Assembly: GCA_965205865.1 (NCBI GenBank)
Contig: CBDBHR010000029.1
Location: 384,001 to 448,000, forward strand
Length of the DNA: 64,000 bases
Direction: 5' to 3'
Source: a bacterium
GTDB lineage: Bacteria; SAR324; NAC60-12
Part shown: piece by piece, positions 39,465-50,148 of the stretch
How positions within the stretch are numbered: position 1 is the stretch's first letter
How the letters are laid out: every line of letters starts with the position of its first letter
The notes under the pieces: generated by a model
Database searches by the model: none
What the model was told of the DNA's origin: nothing
What the model saw: only the letters and a program-made list of their open reading frames with translations
Position numbers and translations under genes: made by a program

Positions 39465-41424
39465 CTAATACCCCATTTCTTTCTTCAGCGCACTATCTAT
39501 CCAGAGGCGGGCGAAGACGTGGAGATCCGCATAATCTACAAGCTTGCTTTCACCGTTAAAACCTGTGAGCCACGGCTGGACCGCCACAAAACTTTGGGCC
39601 ATCGGAGTCCAGATCTGCCAGAACTCCTCTATTGCCCACATATTCAAGCTCATTAGAGAGCCTGTTCATCTCCTCGATGGTAGTAGCTTCTGTGGCAGCT
39701 TTCCACTTGGCGTCATACTCAGGCAGCGAGACGTTGGAGGAGTTCCATGACGCTTTCGTTGTATAGATCATAGGGGGACTATAGGGGATCTGTTTAAAAG
39801 CCGCTACCGCAGTAATCATATCGAAATCCCTGGCTTGTCTTTTGGAGACAAATGTCGCCAGCGGTGTTACCTGAACATCGACCTCAACGCCGATCTCAGC
39901 CCATAATGAAGCGATTAATTCCGAATAGTTCGCATCCCAGGGTTCGAGGTGGACCATCGTGGTCTTGAAGCCATTGGGATAGCCTGCTTCCGCCAGAAGC
40001 TTTTTTGCCCCTTCCGGGTCGTAGGTAAAGACTTTCTTGACATCTTCGGGCCAATCTTCAAATTGGGTGACCACATCTTTCATGTCACGGCTGATGTGCC
40101 CCTGAGGTACCGGATCCGCCCAACCCTTAAAGTAGCCCTGGGCAATAGCCTCGAGGTCCAGCGCCATCTGCATGGCCTTGCGCACCCGGATGTCGTCAAA
40201 GGGTTTCCTCTGAACGTTCATACCAAAACCTTGATCCGATCGAACCACATACGGCCATATCACGAGTTCGGGATTGGTCCGCTGGAGGCTCTCTACCTGG
40301 TCTATATTCCTGATTTGAGCCCGCCCGATCACACCCATGTAATCGGCCTTGCCCGAGCGCAGTGCTGCCAGTTGTGTTACCGTTTCCGGCATAACCAGGG
40401 CCTTTATCTCGTCGACGTAGGGCAAACGGTTCTCCGGGTATTTTTCGTCAAAGCCCCAGTAGTCAGGATTCTTTTCATAGGTGAGAGAGCTGCCCTTGGT
40501 CCAGTCTGTCAGCTCAAAGGCTCCGGTGCCAACCAGGTTCCTCCAATCCCTCGCGTCCCCGTGTTCCTCGATGACGTCAGGGGGGTATATATACGCGACA
40601 TTGTCGTCTATGAGACCCTTCAGCATAGTGAGGTTGGGCTCCTTCAGCTTAAAGACAACCGTAAATTTGTCGGTGGCTATTATCGATTCGAATTTTATAA
40701 TCTTGAGAACTGTAGAAAACACAGATGGTTCGGTAAAGCCGCCACCCCAACCTATAACACGGCGAAAGTTATATGCGATATCGTCAGCGGTCAACTCTCG
40801 TCCGTTCATCGGTGCCTTATCATGCCAGTGAACGCCCTGGCGGACTTTGATGATATACGTCAACGGATCTGGTTGCGACCAGCTTTCCGCCAGAGCCCCT
40901 CTCGTGGCAGCTGGGGGGTTCAGAAACTGGAAGTTCCATTCGCCCCTTTTTATGCCCCAGTCCCCCATGCCCAGCTTCTCAACAACACCGCCGACATAAC
41001 CCCCCGCCCAAAGCTGTAAGGCTATATCCATATGCTCGGCCTCTTCTGCTTTTAAAAAGGTTAATGTCCCGCCGTATTCCGGTGCGGTCACAACTTTTCC
41101 AGTGGTGGGATCGGTCACATACTTCTGGGCGGCTGCCGGGCTGACCCAGAAGACGGCCACCATCAGGGTGAGGGTGAGCAGGATTGCACTGAAGGTTGAT
41201 TTGCTTTTTTGATGATCCATCTTTTTCCTTTCGATTGCATGTTCAAAATTAAGGATTGCTTTAAAACCTGCTTTCGTTCCCGAAAGCACGTTCTCGACGA
41301 TGCTTCTACTTTTTTGACGATTCATGGTGCTCCTTTCTGCTTTTTGATTAAAAACAAGATTGCGGGTTGCTTTAAAACCTGCTTTCGTTCCCGAAAGCAC
41401 GTTCTTGAAGATTTCTCCACACAT
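39465..41424 (-). pseudogene. Family-5 ABC substrate-binding protein with a +1 frameshift near 39647
   Basis: Paralog of 33027-34895; the true C-terminus (QPWLTGFNGE..LWID..KKEMGY) lies in ORF 39465-39653. Confidence 0.85.
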
Positions 41425-41643
41425 TGGGTCTCCTTCATTTTGGAGTGATCAAAAAATCGATTCATTGGCTCCAGGATTGGGCAATGAACCCTGAGCTTTC
41501 AATTCTCTTGAGGAATTTCCATTTGCTGAAATGAACTTTGGTGTAATTTAAGGATCTCTCCCTGAAGTCGAGATGACATAAGGGGGACAACCCAATGAAC
41601 TTGAGATTGGGGACTTGTGACTTGTTGCTTGGAACTTATTACT

Positions 41644-41720
41644 GGGAACTGGGAACTGGGAACTGGGAACTGGGAACTGGGAACTGGGAACTGGGAACTG
41701 GGAACTGAGAACTGGGAACT
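41644..41720. repeat. Heptamer tandem repeat (GGGAACT)9 GAGAACT GGGAACT
   Basis: Counted directly; same flanks as the 35221-35328 array. Confidence 0.95.
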
Positions 41721-42066
41721 GACTGGTGTTTGAGTTTACTCGCATATCCACCTTACTGTCAAGATTCTTTTATACTTGAAACAGGTTAATTTTAGGCCTT
41801 CTTGTCATCCTGACGGTCCGCCGATGTGTTAAATCGAAAGATCGCATTATTGCCCTTCCGTTCCTGGAATAATATTGTATACTCGCTTTGCAAATGGTTG
41901 TCAAACTTTTTTTAAATAGGGCGACTCATTCATTCATGAGTGTCTTCTAAAGATCAACGAAAATACTTTTTCATATTGAGATCAAGAAGTCAACATTTTT
42001 ATTTGGCACTGTTCAATTCCCCGTTGAGCGTTTCTAAAAATCCTCTGGGGACGAGATGAGGTTTGA

Positions 42067-42290
42067 CATAACTTTCGGCTAAATAAGTAGCGAATTTGAA
42101 ATAAAACCTTTTTTTGCGCAGATACTCTGTTTTTTAATGGACGGCAGCAGCCGTCATCTCAGTTGGTTCGATCACCTCAAAAGGGACGAGGGTTATGCCG
42201 CGTTGTTGTCATGCAGTGAGCAAGACCTTGCCTCCTCGCATGCCGTGAAAAGATTTTTTGGAAAGTTCTCTTTTGTACGAGTCTACCTGT
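42067..42290 (+). mobile_element. Left-IR remnant of the 2289-4690 IS family followed by an IS1380-like transposase fragment
   Basis: CATAACTTTCGGCTAAATA; DGSSRHL..FD.LK.D.GYA..SSHAVKRFF. Confidence 0.6.
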
Positions 42291-42493
42291 TAAAGAGTGG
42301 GGGGAAACTCAATCAAAATTTGCAATTGCCGGATTTAGGTCAAATTCATATTTTCAAATGAATTGGAGCATGTTAGTGCTTGAATAAGCCCGGAAAGCAA
42401 GGTATGTTACAAGAAAATATCACAATAACCCTTCATTTTCCTTAAGCAAGTCTGCAAAAGGCTTGGGGAGCGTGGTTTTTTCCGGAGTACTAT

Positions 42494-43780
42494 TTGGTAA
42501 ATCAGGACTTTGCTGTTGAATCGAAGCGAGTAATGCTGATCGCGGTTCAACTTCCTTCCCAATCGGAGCGAGAGATTCTTCATTCCCTGGAAGAACTGGC
42601 ATCCCTGGCATCCTCGGCGGGCTTTCAAATTGCAACTCAAATCATTCAAATTCGTCCTCAGATTCATCCTGCAACCTATGTAGGAAAAGGAAAAATTTCG
42701 CAAATCAAAGAGACGATCCATCGTTCCCACATCGATTTGATCATCATCGATGGACCATTAACCCCCAAGCAGGAAAAAAACCTTGAAGCCGCCAGCAAAT
42801 GCCTGGTCTGGGACCGCACCCAACTGATCCTCGAGATTTTTGCCCAAAATGCCAGAACCTATGAAGCCAAACGGCAGATAGAATTGGCGCAACTGCAATA
42901 TACTTTACCCCGTTTGGTCGGCCTCTGGATGCACCTGGACCGGGAACGTGGGGGGATCGGCGCCTCTCGAGGTATGGGTGAAAAGCAGATTGAAACGGAC
43001 CGACGCGTGATTAGTACCAGGATTGCTCATTTAAAAGAAGAACTGAAACGTGTTGCCAATGAACGGAAAATACAGAAAAAACGCCGCGGTGATTGTTTGC
43101 AAGTCAGTTTGATAGGATATACAAATGCCGGAAAATCCACCATCATGAACGCGCTGACGGATTCAGAATTGCTGGTAAAAGATAAATTGTTTGCCACCTT
43201 GGATTCCACGACACGCTTGCTGGACGAGAAAAATCGTCCTGAAATATTACTTTCGGATACGGTGGGTTTCATTAAAAATCTGCCACACGAGTTAATCGCA
43301 TCATTTCGCTCCACCTTGGAGATCATCCGCGATGCCGATTTGCTGCTGCATGTAGTAGACGTCAACGCCATCGATTATGCAGAGCATATCGACACGGCCC
43401 TGCAAGTCTTGGATGACCTGCAGGCCCATTGCATCCCCCAACTACTGTTATTCAATAAAATTGACCGGGTGGAATCTCCAACACGGTTGCCAATTCTCAA
43501 GAAAAAGTATCCCGAGGCTTTGTTTGTTTCCGCATTCAATGGCAGCATGCCGGGACTGCGTGAGGAAATCGTCCGTTTTTTTGAAAAGAAAATGGATACG
43601 GTAGAGGTGCTTCTCGATTATCAAAACTCGCATAATTTGGCTCATATTTACGAATGGAGCCGTGTGGATTCCATTGAATATAAAAACGATGGCATCCATC
43701 TGACACTGACTTCCTCCACAGGCAATCTAGATCGTCTCCGACATCATATAGGTCCCGCTTATTTTCAGGAAGAGTTATGA
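42494..43780 (+). CDS. hflX: GTPase HflX
   Basis: GYTNAGKST, LFATLD, DTVGFI, NKID. Confidence 0.95.
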   Translation: MVNQDFAVESKRVMLIAVQLPSQSEREILHSLEELASLASSAGFQIATQIIQIRPQIHPATYVGKGKISQIKETIHRSHIDLIIIDGPLTPKQEKNLEAASKCLVWDRTQLILEIFAQNARTYEAKRQIELAQLQYTLPRLVGLWMHLDRERGGIGASRGMGEKQIETDRRVISTRIAHLKEELKRVANERKIQKKRRGDCLQVSLIGYTNAGKSTIMNALTDSELLVKDKLFATLDSTTRLLDEKNRPEILLSDTVGFIKNLPHELIASFRSTLEIIRDADLLLHVVDVNAIDYAEHIDTALQVLDDLQAHCIPQLLLFNKIDRVESPTRLPILKKKYPEALFVSAFNGSMPGLREEIVRFFEKKMDTVEVLLDYQNSHNLAHIYEWSRVDSIEYKNDGIHLTLTSSTGNLDRLRHHIGPAYFQEEL

Positions 43781-44601
43781 ATTCACACCGCATTGGGCTG
43801 GTCCAGATGAACTCGGGGGACGATTTCCGGCAAAATTTAAAGTTTGCTCATCAGCAAATCCAAAAAGCCAGTCGGCAGGCCGTCACTTTGCTGGCATTTC
43901 CTGAAGTTTTTTTGTATTTGGGAAACACGTCGGAAGGTAAATTTAAAATAGCTCAAACGCTGGATGGCGAGATCGTGCAAAGCTTTCGGAACTACGCAGC
44001 GCGCTATGGAATCTCCGTTCTGCTGGGAAGCATCTATGAAATTGTGCCAGATTATTCCGAACACCTCTACAATACTTCGATTTTGCTGGACGGTCGGGGA
44101 GAAATCCGTGGGATCTATCGAAAAATCCATCTCTTCGATGTCGATGCCCCGACCTTGCGAAGTTTGGAATCGCGGCAAATTGCGCCAGGCATGGATACGG
44201 TGGTTGTCGAGCATGAAATTGGAAAGATCGGATTGAGCATCTGCTACGATGTCCGCTTTCCAGGGTTGTATCAGCATTTGAGAGATAAAGGAGCGGAAGT
44301 TGTTTTTGTCCCTTCCGCTTTTTTCCTGCAAACGGGAAAAAGTCATTGGTTCCCTTTGTTGCAAGCCCGCGCCATTGAAAACCAAGTCTATATTGCAGCA
44401 CCTGCTCAATGGGGACGTCATCCCGGCAACCGTTTCTCTTTTGGAAATAGCGTCCTCATCGATCCCTGGGGAACGATCATCTCCCGTGCGTCCGAACGCG
44501 TGGAGACCATCATCGGCACGATTGACCTCGATTATCTCCACAAAATACGGCAGCGTATGCCGATAGTGGAACATCGGCGCTCAAAATATTACCCTTCGTG
44601 A
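43777..44601 (+). CDS. Carbon-nitrogen hydrolase (Nit1-like amidase)
   Basis: FPE, YRKIHLFD, ICYDVRFP triad motifs; ARAIENQ. Confidence 0.9.
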   Translation: MNSHRIGLVQMNSGDDFRQNLKFAHQQIQKASRQAVTLLAFPEVFLYLGNTSEGKFKIAQTLDGEIVQSFRNYAARYGISVLLGSIYEIVPDYSEHLYNTSILLDGRGEIRGIYRKIHLFDVDAPTLRSLESRQIAPGMDTVVVEHEIGKIGLSICYDVRFPGLYQHLRDKGAEVVFVPSAFFLQTGKSHWFPLLQARAIENQVYIAAPAQWGRHPGNRFSFGNSVLIDPWGTIISRASERVETIIGTIDLDYLHKIRQRMPIVEHRRSKYYPS

Positions 44602-44667
44602 CAGCAAGTGGTAGCCAATCTTTCTGCTTCCACCAAGATTACATTTTTGCGTTAGGGACCATTTCAA

Positions 44668-45969
44668 GTGGATCAGTTTATTGTAGAAGGTAGCAATCCG
44701 ATTTCAGGTGAAATCACGCCAACCGGCAATAAAAATGAAGCATTGCCTGTGCTGGCGGCTGCTATTTTAACAAGCGAACCCATCATCCTGCGGAATATTC
44801 CCGATATTCTGGACATTCAAAGCATGTTGGAACTATTGGAAAGCCTGGGAATGCGAATTAGCCGTTTGGATGCCCACACTTTCTGTTTGCATGCCCAGTC
44901 CATCACCTCGGATACGCCTTTCTTTCACCAGGCTTCTTTGATCAGAGGATCGTTTTTATTAGCAGGCCCTATGCTGGCTCGCTATGGATCCATTCACCTT
45001 CCCGGACCGGGAGGCGATACCATCGGCGTCCGTCCGGTCAACACGCACTTGCAGGCATTGAAAGATTTGGGAACCCGAATAGAATTGGGAGAAGGGGCCA
45101 ATTACCGCATGTTCACCAACGGACTGAAAGGCGCCGACATCTATATGGACGAGGCCAGTGTGATGGGGACCGAGAATACGATTATGGCTGCGGTGACGGC
45201 GGTGGGGAATACGACCATTTACAATGCTGCTTGTGAACCGCACGTCCAGGGGTTGTGCCATTGTTTGAATGACATGGGAGCCAAAATTATCGGGATCGGG
45301 AGCAATACTCTCTTCATTGAAGGAGTGTCCGGTTTGCACGGATGCGAATATACGATCCAGCCTGACCATATCGAAGTGGGATCCTTTATCGGATTGACGG
45401 TGATGACTCGAGGCGAATTGTTGATTCGACAAGCAGGGATTCCCCACATCCGCATGATTCGTATGATGTATGACAAACTGGGGGTGGAAATACAACTCCG
45501 GGGAGACGATATCTGGGTTCCCCAACAGAATAATTTGCGGATTCGTTCCGATCCTTTTGAAGGCGTTCCCAAGATCGATGACGCACCATGGCCTGGTTTC
45601 CCTTCCGATTTGCTCAGCATTATGATCGTTGTTGCCACTCAATGTTCAGGGACAGTATTGATTTTTGAAAAAATGTTCGAAAGCCGATTGTTTTGGGTGG
45701 ACAAACTGATTAACATGGGAGCTAAAATCATTTTATGTGATCCGCATCGGATCGTAGTCACCGGTCCGGCTTCTCTGATGGGCGCTCCTGCCAGCGCCCC
45801 TTTGTTCTCTCCCGATATTCGTGCCGGGATGTCACTCCTGATTGCCGCCCTCGGCGCGAAAGGCAATAGTGTAATTCAGAACATTCATCAGATTGATCGA
45901 GGATACGAAAAGATTGATGAGCGCCTGAACACGTTGGGAGCCCGAATTCAACGAGTACCGCAAACATGA
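44668..45969 (+). CDS. murA: UDP-N-acetylglucosamine 1-carboxyvinyltransferase
   Basis: [36 protein letters not shown]. Confidence 0.93.
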   Translation: MDQFIVEGSNPISGEITPTGNKNEALPVLAAAILTSEPIILRNIPDILDIQSMLELLESLGMRISRLDAHTFCLHAQSITSDTPFFHQASLIRGSFLLAGPMLARYGSIHLPGPGGDTIGVRPVNTHLQALKDLGTRIELGEGANYRMFTNGLKGADIYMDEASVMGTENTIMAAVTAVGNTTIYNAACEPHVQGLCHCLNDMGAKIIGIGSNTLFIEGVSGLHGCEYTIQPDHIEVGSFIGLTVMTRGELLIRQAGIPHIRMIRMMYDKLGVEIQLRGDDIWVPQQNNLRIRSDPFEGVPKIDDAPWPGFPSDLLSIMIVVATQCSGTVLIFEKMFESRLFWVDKLINMGAKIILCDPHRIVVTGPASLMGAPASAPLFSPDIRAGMSLLIAALGAKGNSVIQNIHQIDRGYEKIDERLNTLGARIQRVPQT

Positions 45970-46550
45970 CACCGCAAACATGCCCGCATTGCCACAGCAA
46001 AATTTCTGATCCTAAAACTTCATTCTGTCCCATTTGCGGATTGTTCCGCTTTGGCGGACTACGCAATCCACAATCTTTTCCTTCGCAATTCCCGGAAACC
46101 AAGCTGGCAACGAACCACTATGCGTCGCTGGGAACCCGATTCCTGGCCCGTATTATTGACTATACGATCTTGGGAATTTTAACTTGTTTGATCGACTGGA
46201 GCAGCGGAGGAGCCTTGATCGAAGGTTGGATCTGGTTCTACAACGGCATCTCAGGTATCCCTCAGGTTATTTTTGCCGTCTGTATTTCGATGATTTTGTT
46301 TTTGGGATATTTTGTAGTTTTTCAGAGTTTCAGTGGACAAACCCCTGGAAAATGGCTCTGCCGAATTGTAGTGCTCAAACAAGGCCTCCGCATTCCTGGG
46401 TTTTTCTCAAATGTTTTCCGCGAAATCGGAGTTTGGATCACTGTGTCGACCGGGGGTTGGCTTCTGTTGATTCTCATATTTTCTTCACGAAACAAGGGCT
46501 TCCATGATTTTCTCTCAGGAGTGGAAGTTTACCGTTCAAGTGAATCATAG
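45966..46550 (+). CDS. RDD family membrane protein with N-terminal zinc ribbon
   Basis: [26 protein letters not shown]. Confidence 0.8.
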   Translation: MTPQTCPHCHSKISDPKTSFCPICGLFRFGGLRNPQSFPSQFPETKLATNHYASLGTRFLARIIDYTILGILTCLIDWSSGGALIEGWIWFYNGISGIPQVIFAVCISMILFLGYFVVFQSFSGQTPGKWLCRIVVLKQGLRIPGFFSNVFREIGVWITVSTGGWLLLILIFSSRNKGFHDFLSGVEVYRSSES

Positions 46551-46557
46551 TGCTCAG

Positions 46558-47847
46558 ATGGATAGCGATGCATCCTCCAGTCAGTCCGTGCGGTTTACTC
46601 ATGGAAAAATACCTCGACGCCCTGGTATTGCGCTGGTTCTGACCATGTTGGTAATGTTGCTGGTGACGATTTTCATGACCGAATTTCACTTTGAAACCAC
46701 TTTGGAAATCCGGGCAATTGAAAATTTCCAATCTTCCTTTGTGGCTCAGTCCGTCGTCAAATCCATGTTCAAAGCCGTTTTGGCGGCGCTTTCATTCAAC
46801 GAAAACATTTTTTTTGAACAGCTTGCCTATATCTACCAGTTTACTGGTGCTGATTCAGAGTTTTCCTTCCAAGATTCACCCAGTGAATTGATTCCTTTGC
46901 CGGAAGGAATTTTTCCTGCTTCCACGGAACACGATTTCAAAGGAGCCATCTTTTATACGCCGTATGTCCGTCCCATCGACCACCTTTTCAATCTCAATCG
47001 CATTCAAACCAAAAAAGGAACTCGGGCGCCAGATACGCCGACAGATCGCATTATTTTCAATCAGTTCGTCAATCAGGTCACTCAGATCCCCATCGAAATC
47101 CGGCAACCGGAAGGTACTACGGAACGACCGGGATATTATTATCTGGAGTTGGAAGAGATTGCGCCTTTGTATGCCGCTATTTTCGACTGGTCCGATGCCA
47201 GGGATAATGGAACACCCTACTCCAACGAGGCAGGAGTCCAAGGAATCGAGGATCCGGCCTACCTCGATTTTCAAGCAGCTCCTGATTTGAAAATTAAAAA
47301 CCGCGGCTTCGATCGGCTCACTGAACTCAAATTGATCGAGGGGATTGTGGAAAGTGAAATCCCCTATGAAGATTGGAAACGGCATTTCACAGTCCATCAG
47401 GTGGGTATTGCCCAAGGACTGGACGTTGAACCCCGCCTGAATGTGAATTTAGCAACCCGGGATGAAATTGACGTATTCCTCAGGCGTTTCGAGCAAAATA
47501 CCCAATATTATGCAGAGTTGGGAAGACCTCCCGAAAATCAGGAACATTTACAGGAATTTGCTGAGTTTTCTGAAGAAATTGCTGCGGCTCTGATGACTTA
47601 TGGTGAAGAAGGGAAACGCGCGCGTTTTCCGGATTTCAGAAGTATCGATGAAGCCCTGCGTCCTTTGGATTTGACAAGACACAACTATCAGGACTTTTTC
47701 ATCCTCCACAGTAATTGGTACGAGATTCGTCTGGTGGCGGAAGTGGTCGGGATTCAAGCAGAAATCCAAGCGGTCGTCTACATCCCTCGAGACCAAGATG
47801 GTGATGCAAATGGTAGGGTAGTGATTAAAGATTTTCTGTTGCGCTAA
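46558..47847 (+). CDS. gspK: Type II secretion minor pseudopilin GspK-like protein (start uncertain)
   Basis: GIALVLTMLV prepilin motif; FNLN, AIFDWSD, KNRGFD.LTEL.LIEG, LNVNLA. Confidence 0.75.
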   Translation: MDSDASSSQSVRFTHGKIPRRPGIALVLTMLVMLLVTIFMTEFHFETTLEIRAIENFQSSFVAQSVVKSMFKAVLAALSFNENIFFEQLAYIYQFTGADSEFSFQDSPSELIPLPEGIFPASTEHDFKGAIFYTPYVRPIDHLFNLNRIQTKKGTRAPDTPTDRIIFNQFVNQVTQIPIEIRQPEGTTERPGYYYLELEEIAPLYAAIFDWSDARDNGTPYSNEAGVQGIEDPAYLDFQAAPDLKIKNRGFDRLTELKLIEGIVESEIPYEDWKRHFTVHQVGIAQGLDVEPRLNVNLATRDEIDVFLRRFEQNTQYYAELGRPPENQEHLQEFAEFSEEIAAALMTYGEEGKRARFPDFRSIDEALRPLDLTRHNYQDFFILHSNWYEIRLVAEVVGIQAEIQAVVYIPRDQDGDANGRVVIKDFLLR

Positions 47848-47879
47848 TTTGCAAACGTTCCCGTTGTCAGGAGGCTCTG

Positions 47880-48665
47880 TTGACCTCTCATAATCTTATT
47901 GGACACCGCATTATTTACCTGGATGAAGTTGATTCAACCAATTCATTTCTAATGAGGGAAAATCAATATCTGAAAGTGCATGGCTTGGTTGTGACCGCAA
48001 AATCGCAACGGGGGGGCCGGGGAAGAAGCGGACGCGAATACATTTCTTTTCCTGGCAAAAATCTCACATTTTCCGTCGTCATTCATCCCCAAACCCACAG
48101 GGAGCAACTCGGAATTTATTCTTTATTGGCAGGTATTGCCGTCACCCGGACATTGAGCCCCTTCGTCAACACTCCACCCAGGCTCAAATGGCCCAACGAT
48201 GTTCTGATAGGCAAGCGAAAAATCTGTGGGATTCTCCTGGAAAAAACCAACCTGGCTGAAGTGGGTTCCCCCATTTTGGTGGTTGGGATTGGCATCAATT
48301 GTCTGGGGAGTCCGCAGGATTTTCCTCAAGACCTGCAGCAAACTCTTACCACGCTTCAAGTAGAATCGACAAAGAATATCGAACTGGATTTGGTATTTCG
48401 GGAAACATTGCTGCAAGTGGAACAAGTGATTCTGGAACTGACAAAACAAGGGACTGCCGATCTGCTGGAAGAATGGCTACGTCATTCCAATTCATTGGGC
48501 GCTGCTGTGCAGTATGAGACAATCGAGGGTTGGGATTTTGGCACCATAGCCGGCCTGACGGCAGAAGGATATTTATTGATCCGTCATCACTCGGGCAAAC
48601 TGATCCCCCATGTCTCCGGGGATGTCCTCTATCAAGAATCTCCCTATGGCATCAAAAAACGCTGA
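47880..48665 (+). CDS. birA: Biotin--[acetyl-CoA carboxylase] ligase (no N-terminal HTH)
   Basis: VDSTN, Q.GGRGR.GR, LKWPNDV, KICGIL, GIGIN. Confidence 0.92.
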   Translation: MTSHNLIGHRIIYLDEVDSTNSFLMRENQYLKVHGLVVTAKSQRGGRGRSGREYISFPGKNLTFSVVIHPQTHREQLGIYSLLAGIAVTRTLSPFVNTPPRLKWPNDVLIGKRKICGILLEKTNLAEVGSPILVVGIGINCLGSPQDFPQDLQQTLTTLQVESTKNIELDLVFRETLLQVEQVILELTKQGTADLLEEWLRHSNSLGAAVQYETIEGWDFGTIAGLTAEGYLLIRHHSGKLIPHVSGDVLYQESPYGIKKR

Positions 48666-48826
48666 ATCCATCGTCCAAAAAATTAATCTTTTCGAGTCGA
48701 ATTTCCCATCGCTCGCTGCTTGATTGACCGTTCCGTCGCTTTACGACGGAACGCATATGCAGCCCTTGCGACCGTTTAGTAGTTGAAACGGTATCCCCGT
48801 GAAAAACGTGGGAACGATTCTACATA

Positions 48827-49000
48827 ACCTGAGTTCGAGATAAGAATTTAATAAATTCAATATGTTATGGAATCTTAATATCTTAGAGAAACCTTGTCAT
48901 TCCTGCGAAGCTTGTCCCCGCTTTCGCAAGGACAAGCTTCGCAGGAATGACATATACACTAGGATACTCATATTATTGAAGATTTATGTCGAACTCAGGT
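48827..49000. mobile_element. MITE family A copy 4 (inverted, rearranged hairpin)
   Basis: Same ends as other copies; 6-bp TSD TACATA. Confidence 0.85.
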
Positions 49001-49020
49001 TACATAGTTTTGCTTGAGTT

Positions 49021-49551
49021 TTAGCGCCTGAAGAGCAGTACGAGGATCCAAATTTCCAATAAAACGATGATTCCCCACAGTGTCCAAAGGTACCATTGCC
49101 GGTCAATTGCAGGAAGTTGGACAACCTGATTGAATTCAATTGGGAGTTGCGAGTCGAAAGACGAAGGGCGGAGTCCTTGATCGGATTCAGAAAAAATCGC
49201 AATATGGCAGAAATCTCTGGCAGTGAAAAAATCGTCAATTTCCTCAAATGGAAGATCAAGAGTAGTATCGAATTCGATACCAATCCAGCAACCTTCTCTG
49301 TAAGGGAAAGTCCATACCACATTCCCTTCACGCTCCCAGGTCCCTTCCGTGAACTCTATCTCTTCGCCAAATCGGTTTCGCTCCAAAAAAAATTGGATGC
49401 GATAGGAGACCGCTTCACAAAGTGGCTCTGCAGAAAGTATTTGGATTCCTTCAGGGGACCAGTTTGTAACCTGCCCGTGTACCGTTTCGCCATCAATCAT
49501 CAGTTCTGCTGACAAAAGATGCGGATAGCGTTCTTTTGGCGTATGGGTCAT
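49021..49551 (-). CDS. PilZ-like domain protein with C-terminal TM segment
   Basis: KERYP, NWSPEG, VVW, IGIEF; RxxxR motif degenerate. Confidence 0.65.
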   Translation of the reverse strand: MTHTPKERYPHLLSAELMIDGETVHGQVTNWSPEGIQILSAEPLCEAVSYRIQFFLERNRFGEEIEFTEGTWEREGNVVWTFPYREGCWIGIEFDTTLDLPFEEIDDFFTARDFCHIAIFSESDQGLRPSSFDSQLPIEFNQVVQLPAIDRQWYLWTLWGIIVLLEIWILVLLFRR

Positions 49552-49899
49552 AGAGAGAATCCTCTCGGTTTGGAAACAAATCTTTGTTTTTGGTCACAAA
49601 CCCCGTATTCATTCAAGATTGTCGGCAATCATGCAAGCACAAAATTGCTGTTTCCTGCCACTTTTTTAAGCAAGTGATTAAAAAATGTGCGGATTGCATA
49701 AATTAATTTTAAAAAAAGCATTGAAATTCATACAGTTATGGAATGGTTTGGATTTTGCTGCATGGAGAATTACTATGGTACATAGAGGGAGATTTATTGA
49801 AAACTGAGACCGGCGCGTTCGATGGTGGGATTTGCTTGCATTTTTCGCAAGCCTCTTCTAATCTGCTTCACTGCAAGCCATTGTTAAAATAACTCATTG

Positions 49900-50043
49900 G
49901 TAACTATTCAGGTGCGAAAACACTGTGCTAGAGGTCGACAGAACCTCTAAATTGCGTCAAAATACCTCAAAAGTAGATGATTTAGTGGGCTTTTTCTAAG
50001 GAAAATACCCGCAAACCCAGGAAACTCGCACCTGAATAGTTAC
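49900..50043. mobile_element. MITE family B copy 2, upstream of glnA
   Basis: TIR GTAACTATTCAGGTGCGA; 8-bp TSD ACTCATTG. Confidence 0.88.
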
Positions 50044-50148
50044 ACTCATTGATTCAATAAAATTGACCAACATGTAACCCAACCTCAGTGCGAATTTAAC
50101 GATTTCACTGATTCAGTTCCTTCCAGCAATAAAGAAAGGGAGACTCGT

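Noticed and set aside
41455-41530. c-di-GMP-like riboswitch in the SBP2 leader
   Set aside because: Only loose GCAAA/GAAAGC similarity; P1/P2 consensus not met by eye
49600-49900. Sigma54 promoter for glnA
   Set aside because: No convincing TGGCAC-N5-TTGC match with correct spacing found by eye
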